From IMG/VR virus record IMGVR_UViG_3300023238_000004: a stretch of 64,000 bases of DNA. The stretch is one strand, 5' to 3'. The notes under the pieces were generated by a model. It was not told the DNA's origin. It saw nothing but the letters and a program-made list of their open reading frames with translations, and made no database searches. This document shows positions 39,351-47,225 of the stretch, piece by piece (position 1 is the stretch's first letter; each line of letters starts with the position of its first letter). The stretch is from a virus. Position numbers and translations under genes: made by a program.

Positions 39351-40046
39351 CTATTCTATGTATAGTCCACCATTAGCAAACGCCTTGTCAATCTTAGGGC
39401 TAAGTGTCTTATACATTGCCCTTCTAGTTTTAAGGAATTTAATAATGATGTTTGCCGTATCTTTTACGTCTTGAAGAGCGTCGTGAGCGTTCTCGCTTTC
39501 CATGCCCATTCGCTTTCTGACGTTGTCCATACTAATAGACTTGATGGTAGGGTCACTCTCGGTCCACAAGAACATGTCGTCCATCATGTCGTATTTCTTG
39601 ATAGGATTAAAGAACTTGTTCTGGCCCTTCTTGTCATCCCAGCCTCCATATAACTTTGCCATTCTGTTAATAATTGGCATATCATAGTTGATAATGTTGT
39701 AGCCAGCAGGAATAGGAGCAAACCAAGTCGTACCCTTCCAGTTGTGCTTGTTTACGAAGGCTAAGAACTTAGTCCACACAGCCTTTGGCTTAGGTGCCTT
39801 GGCGATCTGTTCTCTAGTCTTTCCCGTGACCTTCAAAGCCTCTTCCTCAAGAGGTGCCAGCCCCGCCGCAATAGCCTTGTCGTCATCTGTTTCTGCCCAG
39901 ATTTCACTGTTAAACTCGCCCCCCACTTTCTTCATTTCAAGAGTTCGTCCATGTAGGGCGATTGCAGCAAGCTGCGTTGGTTGACACGTATGTGGATCTC
40001 TGCCACCGGTTTCAAAGTCAAATACGATGAAGTCTCTATCTGCCAT
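39351..40046 (-). CDS. dnaQ: DnaQ/epsilon-like 3'-5' exonuclease (DEDDh)
   Basis: IVFDFETGG, AGYNIINYD and HDALQD motifs. Confidence 0.88.
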   Translation of the reverse strand: MADRDFIVFDFETGGRDPHTCQPTQLAAIALHGRTLEMKKVGGEFNSEIWAETDDDKAIAAGLAPLEEEALKVTGKTREQIAKAPKPKAVWTKFLAFVNKHNWKGTTWFAPIPAGYNIINYDMPIINRMAKLYGGWDDKKGQNKFFNPIKKYDMMDDMFLWTESDPTIKSISMDNVRKRMGMESENAHDALQDVKDTANIIIKFLKTRRAMYKTLSPKIDKAFANGGLYIE

Positions 40047-40194
40047 AATTGTTTATCTCCTTTTGTTTGTCCCATGTTTGGAGTATACTTAAAAATTTTC
40101 TACACTTTCTGTTCAATCTAAAGCCATTTGGGCTTTTATACATCAGATTGTACATCTTCCTCATTTCGTCCTGAGAATAAAACTCTATAATATC
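40036..40194 (-). pseudogene. Possible 3' stub of a LAGLIDADG-type endonuclease gene
   Basis: Translates DIIEFYSQDEMRKMYNLMYKSPNGFRLNRKCRKFLSIL...*; resembles the MY....LxRK..F tail of phage LAGLIDADG enzymes and contains the AAGGAG RBS of dnaQ. Confidence 0.4.
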
Positions 40195-40204
40195 TTAAAA
40201 CTGG

Positions 40205-40705
40205 TTAATAACAAGCTAATAAAGAATGGTTATCTGAAACAAATACGCAAAAATTATGCTTACCATCAACCATGCTAACTTTTTTAGACTCGTAATAGTC
40301 ATACAAATAACCCTCGATTAAGCTATTGTCTGTAATTATGAACTTGGGAATCTCACCATAGTTGTCTAGCATAACCTTGTTGCAAAGTACCTTTAGAGCT
40401 TCCGTAAACACGCCGGGATCTCCATCTTGATCGTAAACAGTCATGTTTGCATTTCCAGCGTAAAATAACAAATTCTCTATATCTTTGTTCACTTTCGGAG
40501 AATTTCTCTCCCAATCTAGTTTGCTGCTCATGTGTTCTTCTCCTAGGGGTGTCTCGAAGAGGTCTACGTTCTCTTCTCTGAATTGTTTTAGTTTCTCTTT
40601 CTGTGCCGCCGCTTCTGGGTGATTTGGATGATCCCTGACAGCCTGCACTTCTTGTCTGTAGATCTGTCTCACAAACTCGTCTTTGTTACTGCTATTGATT
40701 TCCAT
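40205..40705 (-). CDS. Hypothetical protein, 166 aa
   Basis: ORF track; an internal RBS+ATG (MSSKLDW) suggests a possible fusion of two ORFs. Confidence 0.5.
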   Translation of the reverse strand: MEINSSNKDEFVRQIYRQEVQAVRDHPNHPEAAAQKEKLKQFREENVDLFETPLGEEHMSSKLDWERNSPKVNKDIENLLFYAGNANMTVYDQDGDPGVFTEALKVLCNKVMLDNYGEIPKFIITDNSLIEGYLYDYYESKKVSMVDGKHNFCVFVSDNHSLLACY

Positions 40706-40904
40706 CTAGTTTCTCCAATTTTGCGTATCCAAATATCGCCCTATGTAATAGCTCAAGCGGCCATCCCCACCAGGGCACGTAAAACTCACAAGTAGAAATC
40801 TCTCTGCATGGGTTCTTACCAGCGATTGGCTGACCTTCTCTTGTCCTAAGCCACCATCTGCATAGCCACCTTGGTCTAGAGTTTCCTAGTCTGCATTCGT
40901 TCAT
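40692..40904 (-). CDS. Hypothetical protein, 70 aa
   Basis: GGAGG RBS; Trp/Cys-rich. Confidence 0.5.
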   Translation of the reverse strand: MNECRLGNSRPRWLCRWWLRTREGQPIAGKNPCREISTCEFYVPWWGWPLELLHRAIFGYAKLEKLDGNQ

Positions 40905-40992
40905 CTTTGTCCTCCGATTTTCTTTCCGTCTTTGTCAATGACCACAACTTTGTCGCCTTCTTTGACTATCTTGGTTTCGTCTTGGCTCATGT

Positions 40993-41247
40993 CTACCTCG
41001 TTTGTAAATATGGGTCGGTCTCTTTACACAGATCAAGAACACGTTCTTCCCAGCCCTTATAGTATCTACGGTTGGGTGTGCTATTCTCCATGATTTGTTT
41101 GATATCTTTCAAGGTAGAGTTTTGGAACTCGACCATAAGTCTGGCGATCTCTTCTGTGTCGTCTGACCACCCCTCCCCAAGCTCTTCGTCTTTCTTTCTT
41201 ATTAGCTCAAGAGCTTGTTTCTTTGCATTCATCTTTTTTTTCTCCAA
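40993..41247 (-). CDS. Hypothetical protein, 84 aa
   Basis: ORF track. Confidence 0.5.
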   Translation of the reverse strand: MEKKKMNAKKQALELIRKKDEELGEGWSDDTEEIARLMVEFQNSTLKDIKQIMENSTPNRRYYKGWEERVLDLCKETDPYLQTR

Positions 41248-42085
41248 TTAGTTCTTGGATTTCCATAAGCTTATCAAGCAACATGAGACCCAAGATATCA
41301 AATTTAACGTGACCCAGTGCTTCTAGGTCGTTCATTTCTAGTCCTGCAATCATTTCGCCATTCTTTTCTGGCAACATAGGACAAACCTTGTCAAGAGGCT
41401 CCCTAGAGATAACCACACCAGCGGCGTGTTTACCTTGACTCTTGAATGTGCCCTCAAGTCTAATAGCCTGATCGAAGTATGGAGCATAGTCACCTTTTAA
41501 GTTTCCCTCTTCATCTAAGTGGCACCACTGACGCAAGCTTTCTGGGTCATTGATGAGGGTCCATCTGATAATAGAACGATCCTCTTCATCCATCAATTCA
41601 AGTTGGTCAGAGATAGCCGCTTCATCAGGGATTGGCTTAGTCATAGCGTTCATTTCATTGAAACCACAAGCTTTGTTCATACGCAAGACTTCCTTGAGAG
41701 AACTTCTACCTTGAAGTCGCCCATAGGTAATCATCTGGCTAACGTTCTCTGCTCCATACCTATACTTGAGATAGGCAATCACTTCATCACGCTTATCTCC
41801 TGGAACGTCGATATCAATATCGGGCAGGGATACGTGTCCACGACCATAATCTAAAGACTTATTAAAGTCAGGTCTATCGGCCTTGTCGTAAATCCACAAT
41901 ACATAGCTATTATTTAGGTTTCCTTGACTATAAAATTCTCTATTTGAAATTAAAAATCTGTAGTATTCTACACATTGATCTATAGTAGAAATCAAATCAA
42001 GTTCATTTTGAAGATGAGGATTACGACGCACCTCCACAAGCTTGTCTTTGTTATGATTTATTCCAAAGTCTGTAATTTTTGCCAT
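41207..42085 (-). CDS. dnaE: DnaE catalytic (palm) piece
   Basis: SLPDIDID (two catalytic Asp), QMITYGRL, QGKHAAGVVIS, KFDILGL (third Asp). Confidence 0.92.
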   Translation of the reverse strand: MAKITDFGINHNKDKLVEVRRNPHLQNELDLISTIDQCVEYYRFLISNREFYSQGNLNNSYVLWIYDKADRPDFNKSLDYGRGHVSLPDIDIDVPGDKRDEVIAYLKYRYGAENVSQMITYGRLQGRSSLKEVLRMNKACGFNEMNAMTKPIPDEAAISDQLELMDEEDRSIIRWTLINDPESLRQWCHLDEEGNLKGDYAPYFDQAIRLEGTFKSQGKHAAGVVISREPLDKVCPMLPEKNGEMIAGLEMNDLEALGHVKFDILGLMLLDKLMEIQELIGEKKDECKETSS

Positions 42086-42292
42086 TTTGATTCCAATCTT
42101 ATTTTTCCTGATAAATAATCTCTAACTTCTAGTATTTGAGGTAGAGATCCATATCTTAGTTCGTAAAGCTCTTGATTTTTCTTTTTGTTAAGGTTTCCCT
42201 CGTAAGGAAGCTCAAACCTTATTATTTCAATATTCTTTCTTAAATAAGAACAAACTCCAAAACATTGTCTAGGGTAAAACTTCTTATATTTT

Positions 42293-42568
42293 TTATTCCA
42301 TTGTTTCCCTATGCATAAAATCTTCAAAAGTAAATTCCTGAAAAGATACATTATCAGGAGTGTTTCTCCCCGAATTATAGAATCTCTGAAACAGTAAGTC
42401 ATACTCAATAGGGTCAATCTTTGTGATTCTAATAAGGTAAGAAATCAAACAACCAGCAGCAGAGTTATGCACAGCTAACCCTTCTACGTTGTAAGTGTGG
42501 GAGTTCTCGACGGTTAGATCGTTAACAAGTCCAGAGTATTTAATTTTTCTTTTCTTTTTTATTTGCAT
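42293..42568 (-). CDS. dnaE: Split-intein C-half (35 aa) plus a short DnaE extein
   Basis: MQIKKKRKIKYSGLVNDLTVENSHTYNVEGLAVHN|SAAGCLISYLIRITKIDPIEYDLLFQRFYNSGRN; IntC spans 42464-42568. Confidence 0.9.
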   Translation of the reverse strand: MQIKKKRKIKYSGLVNDLTVENSHTYNVEGLAVHNSAAGCLISYLIRITKIDPIEYDLLFQRFYNSGRNTPDNVSFQEFTFEDFMHRETME

Positions 42569-42579
42569 GGTGCCACTTT

Positions 42580-42714
42580 CTAGCTTTGAGGTAATTTGTC
42601 TTTAACTTCTACGATTGTTTTCTCATTTATAATAAAGTCTGGAAAATACATCCTAAAGACACCATTTTCGTCTTCATATTCAATTGGGTTGTTATAATAG
42701 AACCCCGACCTAGA
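42580..42714 (-). pseudogene. Remnant of a PD-(D/E)XK endonuclease between the split-intein halves
   Basis: In frame after the IntN stop: SRSGFYYNNPIEYEDENGVFRMYFPDFIINEKTIVEVKDKLPQS*, with a YxPDF...IVEVK motif. Confidence 0.65.
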
Positions 42715-43896
42715 CTATATTTCTGTGATTTCGTCAAATTCTGTCAAGTCTTTTGCTGTAACCCAGCCTCTATTGCTCGTTAAGAACTTGTGATCTTCTG
42801 TACACCGAATAATTTTGCCGTTTTCCATGGTCATTTCAATTATTTCTTCATCCACTAGATAAGAAAGTGTATCTGCAACAATTTGCGAACCACCAAAAGC
42901 GTCTACAACGCTTTCTCCTTTCTTTATTATAGAGATTGGTTTCAATAAGCCGTTAGACATTCTCACCCTCGTGTCTGGCAAAAAGCACCCTCTTCCTGGT
43001 CCGCTGATCCAGCCCTTGCTTTTGATGAAGTTAATGATGTCCCATACAATCAAGAAATAACCAAACAGCTTCGCCCCCTTAATAACTCCAAACTCTTCGT
43101 TGAATTGGTCTAGGTATCTTTGCTTGGCTTCTTCTTTTTCTACTTTGCCCGTCTTCCCAAGTAATTCATTCCAGCCTTGTCGGCATAGCTGCTTTAGATA
43201 CTCTTCCTCGGACTCTCCATTTGGAGTGGGGAAGGTTGGCAACATTGGCTTCTCAAGAATATCATACTCTGTACAAGAGTCTACAATACTGCAAATATCC
43301 TCACAAACAACTGCGTGATCCTTGTTAGGTACGCCAAAGCTATCTTCTGTGAAGAACTTGATATAGGGTTTTAGTTCGTCTTGAACTTTACCCTTACCAA
43401 TATACTTCATCATGTCGGGAAGGGGCACCTTCAACCCAGAGCATAAAGAAATTCTATGAATATCTACCTCTGACTTGTCCGTGTAGAAGTAATTCTTAAT
43501 CTTCCCGCCCTTCAAGTAATTATCGCCACCTGGGCACAGTGGCGTCTGTTGCTTACGTCCAACATAGATCAAGTTACCACGTTTGCAGTACTCTTTGATG
43601 ACAGTCATTTCATCTTGGTGCTGAATAGCCGACACAATTGCGATAAGGTCAAACCAGCCATCTTTGTTTTTAGAAAACAGACTAAACCCATCAAAAGAAC
43701 ACCCAATGATTGGCTTTATACCAGCTTTCTTACACTCTTGAAAGAATCGGACAGTGCCCGAGATACTCTTGTAATCAGAAATACCACATGCGGTATATCC
43801 ATTGTCTTTGCATTTCTTAACTAAGGCCTTGGGTTTTGAGAATCCTAGTTGTAAGCTGTAGTGCGTGTAGTTACACAGTGGTGCGAAATTTTCCAA
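42715..43896 (-). CDS. dnaE: DnaE N-terminal piece (PHP domain to GPGRG) plus split-intein N-half (90 aa)
   Basis: THYSL, GIKPIIGC, YFLIVWD, GPGRG|CFLPDTRV...CTEDHKF...AKDLTEFDEITEI*; IntN spans 42718-42987; GGAGG RBS before a TTG start. Confidence 0.92.
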   Translation of the reverse strand: MENFAPLCNYTHYSLQLGFSKPKALVKKCKDNGYTACGISDYKSISGTVRFFQECKKAGIKPIIGCSFDGFSLFSKNKDGWFDLIAIVSAIQHQDEMTVIKEYCKRGNLIYVGRKQQTPLCPGGDNYLKGGKIKNYFYTDKSEVDIHRISLCSGLKVPLPDMMKYIGKGKVQDELKPYIKFFTEDSFGVPNKDHAVVCEDICSIVDSCTEYDILEKPMLPTFPTPNGESEEEYLKQLCRQGWNELLGKTGKVEKEEAKQRYLDQFNEEFGVIKGAKLFGYFLIVWDIINFIKSKGWISGPGRGCFLPDTRVRMSNGLLKPISIIKKGESVVDAFGGSQIVADTLSYLVDEEIIEMTMENGKIIRCTEDHKFLTSNRGWVTAKDLTEFDEITEI

Positions 43897-43924
43897 TTTT
43901 TCCTCCGGTTGGTTGTCCTATTCT

Positions 43925-43953
43925 ATAATAGTCGTCGGCGACGTAATCGACAA
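43925..43953 (-). promoter_or_regulatory. Sigma70-like promoter TTGTCG-N17-TATTAT
   Basis: Intergenic, upstream of the first dnaE piece. Confidence 0.7.
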
Positions 43954-43977
43954 CCGAAAACCATCAAAAATTTTTGA

Positions 43978-45021
43978 TTATCCTGGGCTTTCGTAGTAGT
44001 CCACTTTGAATCCAGGCTTTTTAAGCTTTTTAGTAGCAGCGTCTATGCCGTATGTCTTTATCGTGTCTTCTACGTGTTTACACTTCATCTTTCCCGTCTC
44101 TGGGTCTATTTTACTAAACTCGCAAACGTACTTACATTTCCAACTATTTCTAGCAGAAGATACTGGCCTAGGCTTTTTAGTATTGCTAATTTCTTCAAAC
44201 TTTTTTCTTAGATGTTCAAGAAACATTTCGTCATCTTCTTTTCCATACATCATAGAGAAAGGTCCGCCGTCTCTTAAAAAGAGTATAGTCATTACTCTAT
44301 TTTCTACTTCTGGATATAATCTGGATAACGCGTGGTTGTACAACAATAGCTGAGGGTCTTTTTGCAGCTTTGCGTAGTCTTTAACTTCTCCAGTAGCAAA
44401 GTCTTTTCTTTGGCCACTTTTGTAGTCTACAACCTCTATAGTGTTGGAGTCTGGCAGCATTACCGAATCTATCGTTCCCTTGATAGATAGTTGCATTTTT
44501 TTACCTTCATGCTCGAAGTGTGCCCAGTCCTTCTCTATGGGTAAATCAAAGTGCTTCTCAATCGCTAAAACATTACTAGTTCTTGGGTCATATTCTTTTT
44601 TCCAGTTTTTAAGTCCTACATACACAAGTTTCTCTACGAACTTGAAAGTATCTTTAATGGTCTCATCGTCAACCTTTTCAGAAAACTTTGGTTTATTGAA
44701 ATCTAGTTCTGGATGAGAGGCCCCATAGTAGTCATAGCTTCTCCTAATAAGGTCATCTACAAATTTGTCTGTATGCAGCCCCTTTTTAGTAAACTTTACC
44801 AATCCTATCGCGTCATCGATAAAAGATTGCTTATCTCCGTCTTGTAGTATTTTTTTACACTTACCTAATATCTCCATAACTCGATGCGTGCAGGTGCCAA
44901 GGACCGCCTTAAGACCACTTGCGTTTTGATACCCAAGTCCATATATTTGATAGTATTGCATCTCACAAAAACTATGACAACCTAAAGAACTGCTTCTAAA
45001 ATAAGGAATTAGTATCCCCAT
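43978..45021 (-). CDS. PD-(D/E)XK (RecB/Cas4-like) exonuclease with Cys cluster
   Basis: CHSFC near the N-terminus; IKGTIDSV...EVVDYKSG; QLLLY; C-terminal WKCKYVC. Confidence 0.8.
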   Translation of the reverse strand: MGILIPYFRSSSLGCHSFCEMQYYQIYGLGYQNASGLKAVLGTCTHRVMEILGKCKKILQDGDKQSFIDDAIGLVKFTKKGLHTDKFVDDLIRRSYDYYGASHPELDFNKPKFSEKVDDETIKDTFKFVEKLVYVGLKNWKKEYDPRTSNVLAIEKHFDLPIEKDWAHFEHEGKKMQLSIKGTIDSVMLPDSNTIEVVDYKSGQRKDFATGEVKDYAKLQKDPQLLLYNHALSRLYPEVENRVMTILFLRDGGPFSMMYGKEDDEMFLEHLRKKFEEISNTKKPRPVSSARNSWKCKYVCEFSKIDPETGKMKCKHVEDTIKTYGIDAATKKLKKPGFKVDYYESPG

Positions 45022-45024
45022 GTT

Positions 45025-45711
45025 TCACTCCTTGTGTTTAAGTATTAGCTCACACTGTTCATATAAGTATTCTAGTGTAAACTGGTTTTTCATTATGTTG
45101 ATATCTTTGTGAACTAACCAAATGTTGTCTTTGGTGTACCCTTCTTCGCTGTCTATCCTATCCACAGAGACGGTTTGACAATTTTGCTTCTCTTTTGTTT
45201 TCTTAAAAGCTATTGGCGTCTTGGTCATCGCACACAAGCCTCCTTGCTCTTCATACTTGTCCCAAATGTCTTCAATCGTTATGTTAAAGTCTATATTTCT
45301 TCTTTTTGCTTGACATTTTACAGAATGAAAAAACCTACCAGGAATTGTGTGGTGAGATCTTTGCCTATTGTGGAAATCCTCTTGTTTTTGACTATAGGTT
45401 TTTTCTCTAATGGTGATTCCGTGTTTTTCTAGTGCTTTTCTAACTATAGACTTTCTTTTGAATCCTCCTAGCTCAGCCACCTCTTTCAATGTCATGTTTT
45501 TGTCTACATAGTATTCTTCTAAAAATTCTTTTGTGAAAGTTTTAGAGCTATCATACACGTGACCTCTGCTAATGCCATGACGACTCAACGCCTGAGACAC
45601 AGAGTTTGAAGACTTGATGCCAGTCTCTTTGGTTATGACTTGGATGCTTTTAAGTTGATTTACATAGTGTTCTTCAAGAAAATCTTTGGTTAACATGTCT
45701 TTTGGTCCCAT
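45025..45711 (-). CDS. HNH homing endonuclease, apparently intact
   Basis: Two FTKEFLEExY HTH repeats; QGGLCAMTK...SVDRIDSEEGYTKDNIWLVHKDINIMK. Confidence 0.85.
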   Translation of the reverse strand: MGPKDMLTKDFLEEHYVNQLKSIQVITKETGIKSSNSVSQALSRHGISRGHVYDSSKTFTKEFLEEYYVDKNMTLKEVAELGGFKRKSIVRKALEKHGITIREKTYSQKQEDFHNRQRSHHTIPGRFFHSVKCQAKRRNIDFNITIEDIWDKYEEQGGLCAMTKTPIAFKKTKEKQNCQTVSVDRIDSEEGYTKDNIWLVHKDINIMKNQFTLEYLYEQCELILKHKE

Positions 45712-45751
45712 TTTAATTTCTCCTTATTTAGAATTGGGAACTTCTACACAT

Positions 45752-45781
45752 ATTATACACCCAAAGTTTTATTTATGTCAA
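45752..45781 (-). promoter_or_regulatory. Promoter TTGACA-N18-TATAAT, also carrying GTGTATAATA
   Basis: Consensus -35 and -10 upstream of the HNH gene with an AAGGAG RBS. Confidence 0.7.
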
Positions 45782-46623
45782 ATTAAATAATTTGACCTGG
45801 CAAACTTCTCAACTAACGCACAAGCGTCTGTAAGTGCTAGATCTTGGTTGTTGATTACTGCGTCAAAGTTGCCCCAATCATAGACATCGGCGTCTAACGC
45901 CACCTCGCTAGGGTGGTCATCTTGAAACATTTCTCTGTCAAGCCTGATGACATAACCACCAGCATCTTTAATTGCTTGTACTTCATCTGGGAATCTAACG
46001 TCTGTTACGATGGCTAACCCTGATTGCTCTGCCTTGATCTTGTTGATCGTGGCGTTTACCCAGATCGGGCCGTGCATCTTTCTTCCAATTTCTGTACCAA
46101 AGAACTGCAAGAACTCTCTACCTGTCATCATCCCTTCGGAATGCAAAATTAAGCCTAGTCCATTGGCGATATCTTGGTGTATCTCTTCGGCACCGTCGCA
46201 AAGCAAATTATCAGAGTTTGCATTTATTGTAGAGGGCGTTATTACTCCTGGCATATCTTCCCATCGTAGATGGGTAGTCTCCATCTTCTGTGCGTCTGTG
46301 CCATAAGCAGAACTTGGTTTAAGTTCAAACAGATTGATAGCAGCTTCTTTCAAAGAGTCTGCAAAGCTATAGTTCTTCACAAAGGGGAAGATTCGATTCT
46401 CTGCCGCCTCTAGGAAGGTATAGTCTTTACGATAAAGGTCCAAGACTCCCCAGTCTTCTTTTCCATTCTCAAATTTTGTCAAGACGTTTAGCTCTCCAGT
46501 CTCCAACATATTGAAGTCTGACACTACTCCTCTTTGTTGCAGGATAACACCATTCAGGTGATTAGCCGAAGAATTCTTTCCGCTCTGTTTTCTCCCGCTG
46601 ATTCCGATGATTTTACAACTCAT
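45778..46623 (-). CDS. Deoxynucleoside monophosphate kinase
   Basis: IIGISGRKQSGK, SFADSLK, GREFLQFFGTEIGR, VTDVRFPDE, HPSE. Confidence 0.88.
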   Translation of the reverse strand: MSCKIIGISGRKQSGKNSSANHLNGVILQQRGVVSDFNMLETGELNVLTKFENGKEDWGVLDLYRKDYTFLEAAENRIFPFVKNYSFADSLKEAAINLFELKPSSAYGTDAQKMETTHLRWEDMPGVITPSTINANSDNLLCDGAEEIHQDIANGLGLILHSEGMMTGREFLQFFGTEIGRKMHGPIWVNATINKIKAEQSGLAIVTDVRFPDEVQAIKDAGGYVIRLDREMFQDDHPSEVALDADVYDWGNFDAVINNQDLALTDACALVEKFARSNYLI

Positions 46624-46722
46624 TTTTACCTCCTTTTTTGTGTGAATAATTCTGTAAATTTGTGGCTCTTTCTCGGCAATCTAAAGTTATTACTTTTGTA
46701 AAATGTTTCATAAAATCATAGA

Positions 46723-47055
46723 TTATACCTCTACCCTTGTTTTGAAGCCATGCTTGGCTGACGTTTTGTTAAATTTCAAAGCAGCACAGGCCACTACATC
46801 TAATCCATAGTGATCTGCTAAGATCAAGGTAGAAACAATTACGTCTCCAATTTCATCTGCTAAATCAGAGAGTCCTTCTTTTCCACCTTTCATTCCAATT
46901 CTCGCCCTTTCGAGCTTCTTCACTTCGTTTAAGACTTCTCCAGCCTCACCTCCCATCTCACAAGCTTTGAATAAGGCACTTTTCTCTTCGCCTCCCCATT
47001 CATTTGTTCTTGTTTCAATAGCTTCTATCAGTAATTGTAATCTGTCTGAAATCAT
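46723..47055 (-). CDS. MazG-like nucleotide pyrophosphohydrolase
   Basis: GEAGEVLNEVKK...LADEIGDV...KFNKTS. Confidence 0.82.
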   Translation of the reverse strand: MISDRLQLLIEAIETRTNEWGGEEKSALFKACEMGGEAGEVLNEVKKLERARIGMKGGKEGLSDLADEIGDVIVSTLILADHYGLDVVACAALKFNKTSAKHGFKTRVEV

Positions 47056-47225
47056 ATTGCGAAAACTCCTACTATCACGCCAACGAAAAAACCTAAGGCT
47101 AGCACCATTAGGCTGTATAAAAGAAAATTGTGTGTGCTCATGTCCCTACAGTTGAGAGGACATTTATAATCCTTGGTTGAGGATTGATATGGATTTATAG
47201 GTTCGTTTTCATATCCGTGAGGCAT
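47052..47225 (-). CDS. Small single-pass membrane protein, 57 aa
   Basis: MPHGYENEPINPYQSS...LLYSLMVLALGFFVGVIVGVFAI*; overlaps both neighbours (TAATG, ATGA). Confidence 0.6.
   Translation of the reverse strand: MPHGYENEPINPYQSSTKDYKCPLNCRDMSTHNFLLYSLMVLALGFFVGVIVGVFAI

Noticed and set aside
42058-42417. 119-aa ORF between DnaE pieces B and C
   Set aside because: It overlaps the IntC-extein gene by ~125 nt, has no clear RBS and no recognisable motif. The 3' part could be a real small gene or remnant, but this cannot be supported.
42580-42717. TAG recoding or readthrough restoring one contiguous intein
   Set aside because: Reading through both TAGs still hits a TAA and stays out of frame with IntC. 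TAG also terminates other clearly bounded genes (e.g. at 21085), and the long ORFs translate cleanly in the standard code.
43978-45021. CRISPR-associated Cas4
   Set aside because: No cas1/cas2 genes or repeat-spacer array were seen; stand-alone RecB/Cas4-like nucleases are common in phage replication modules.
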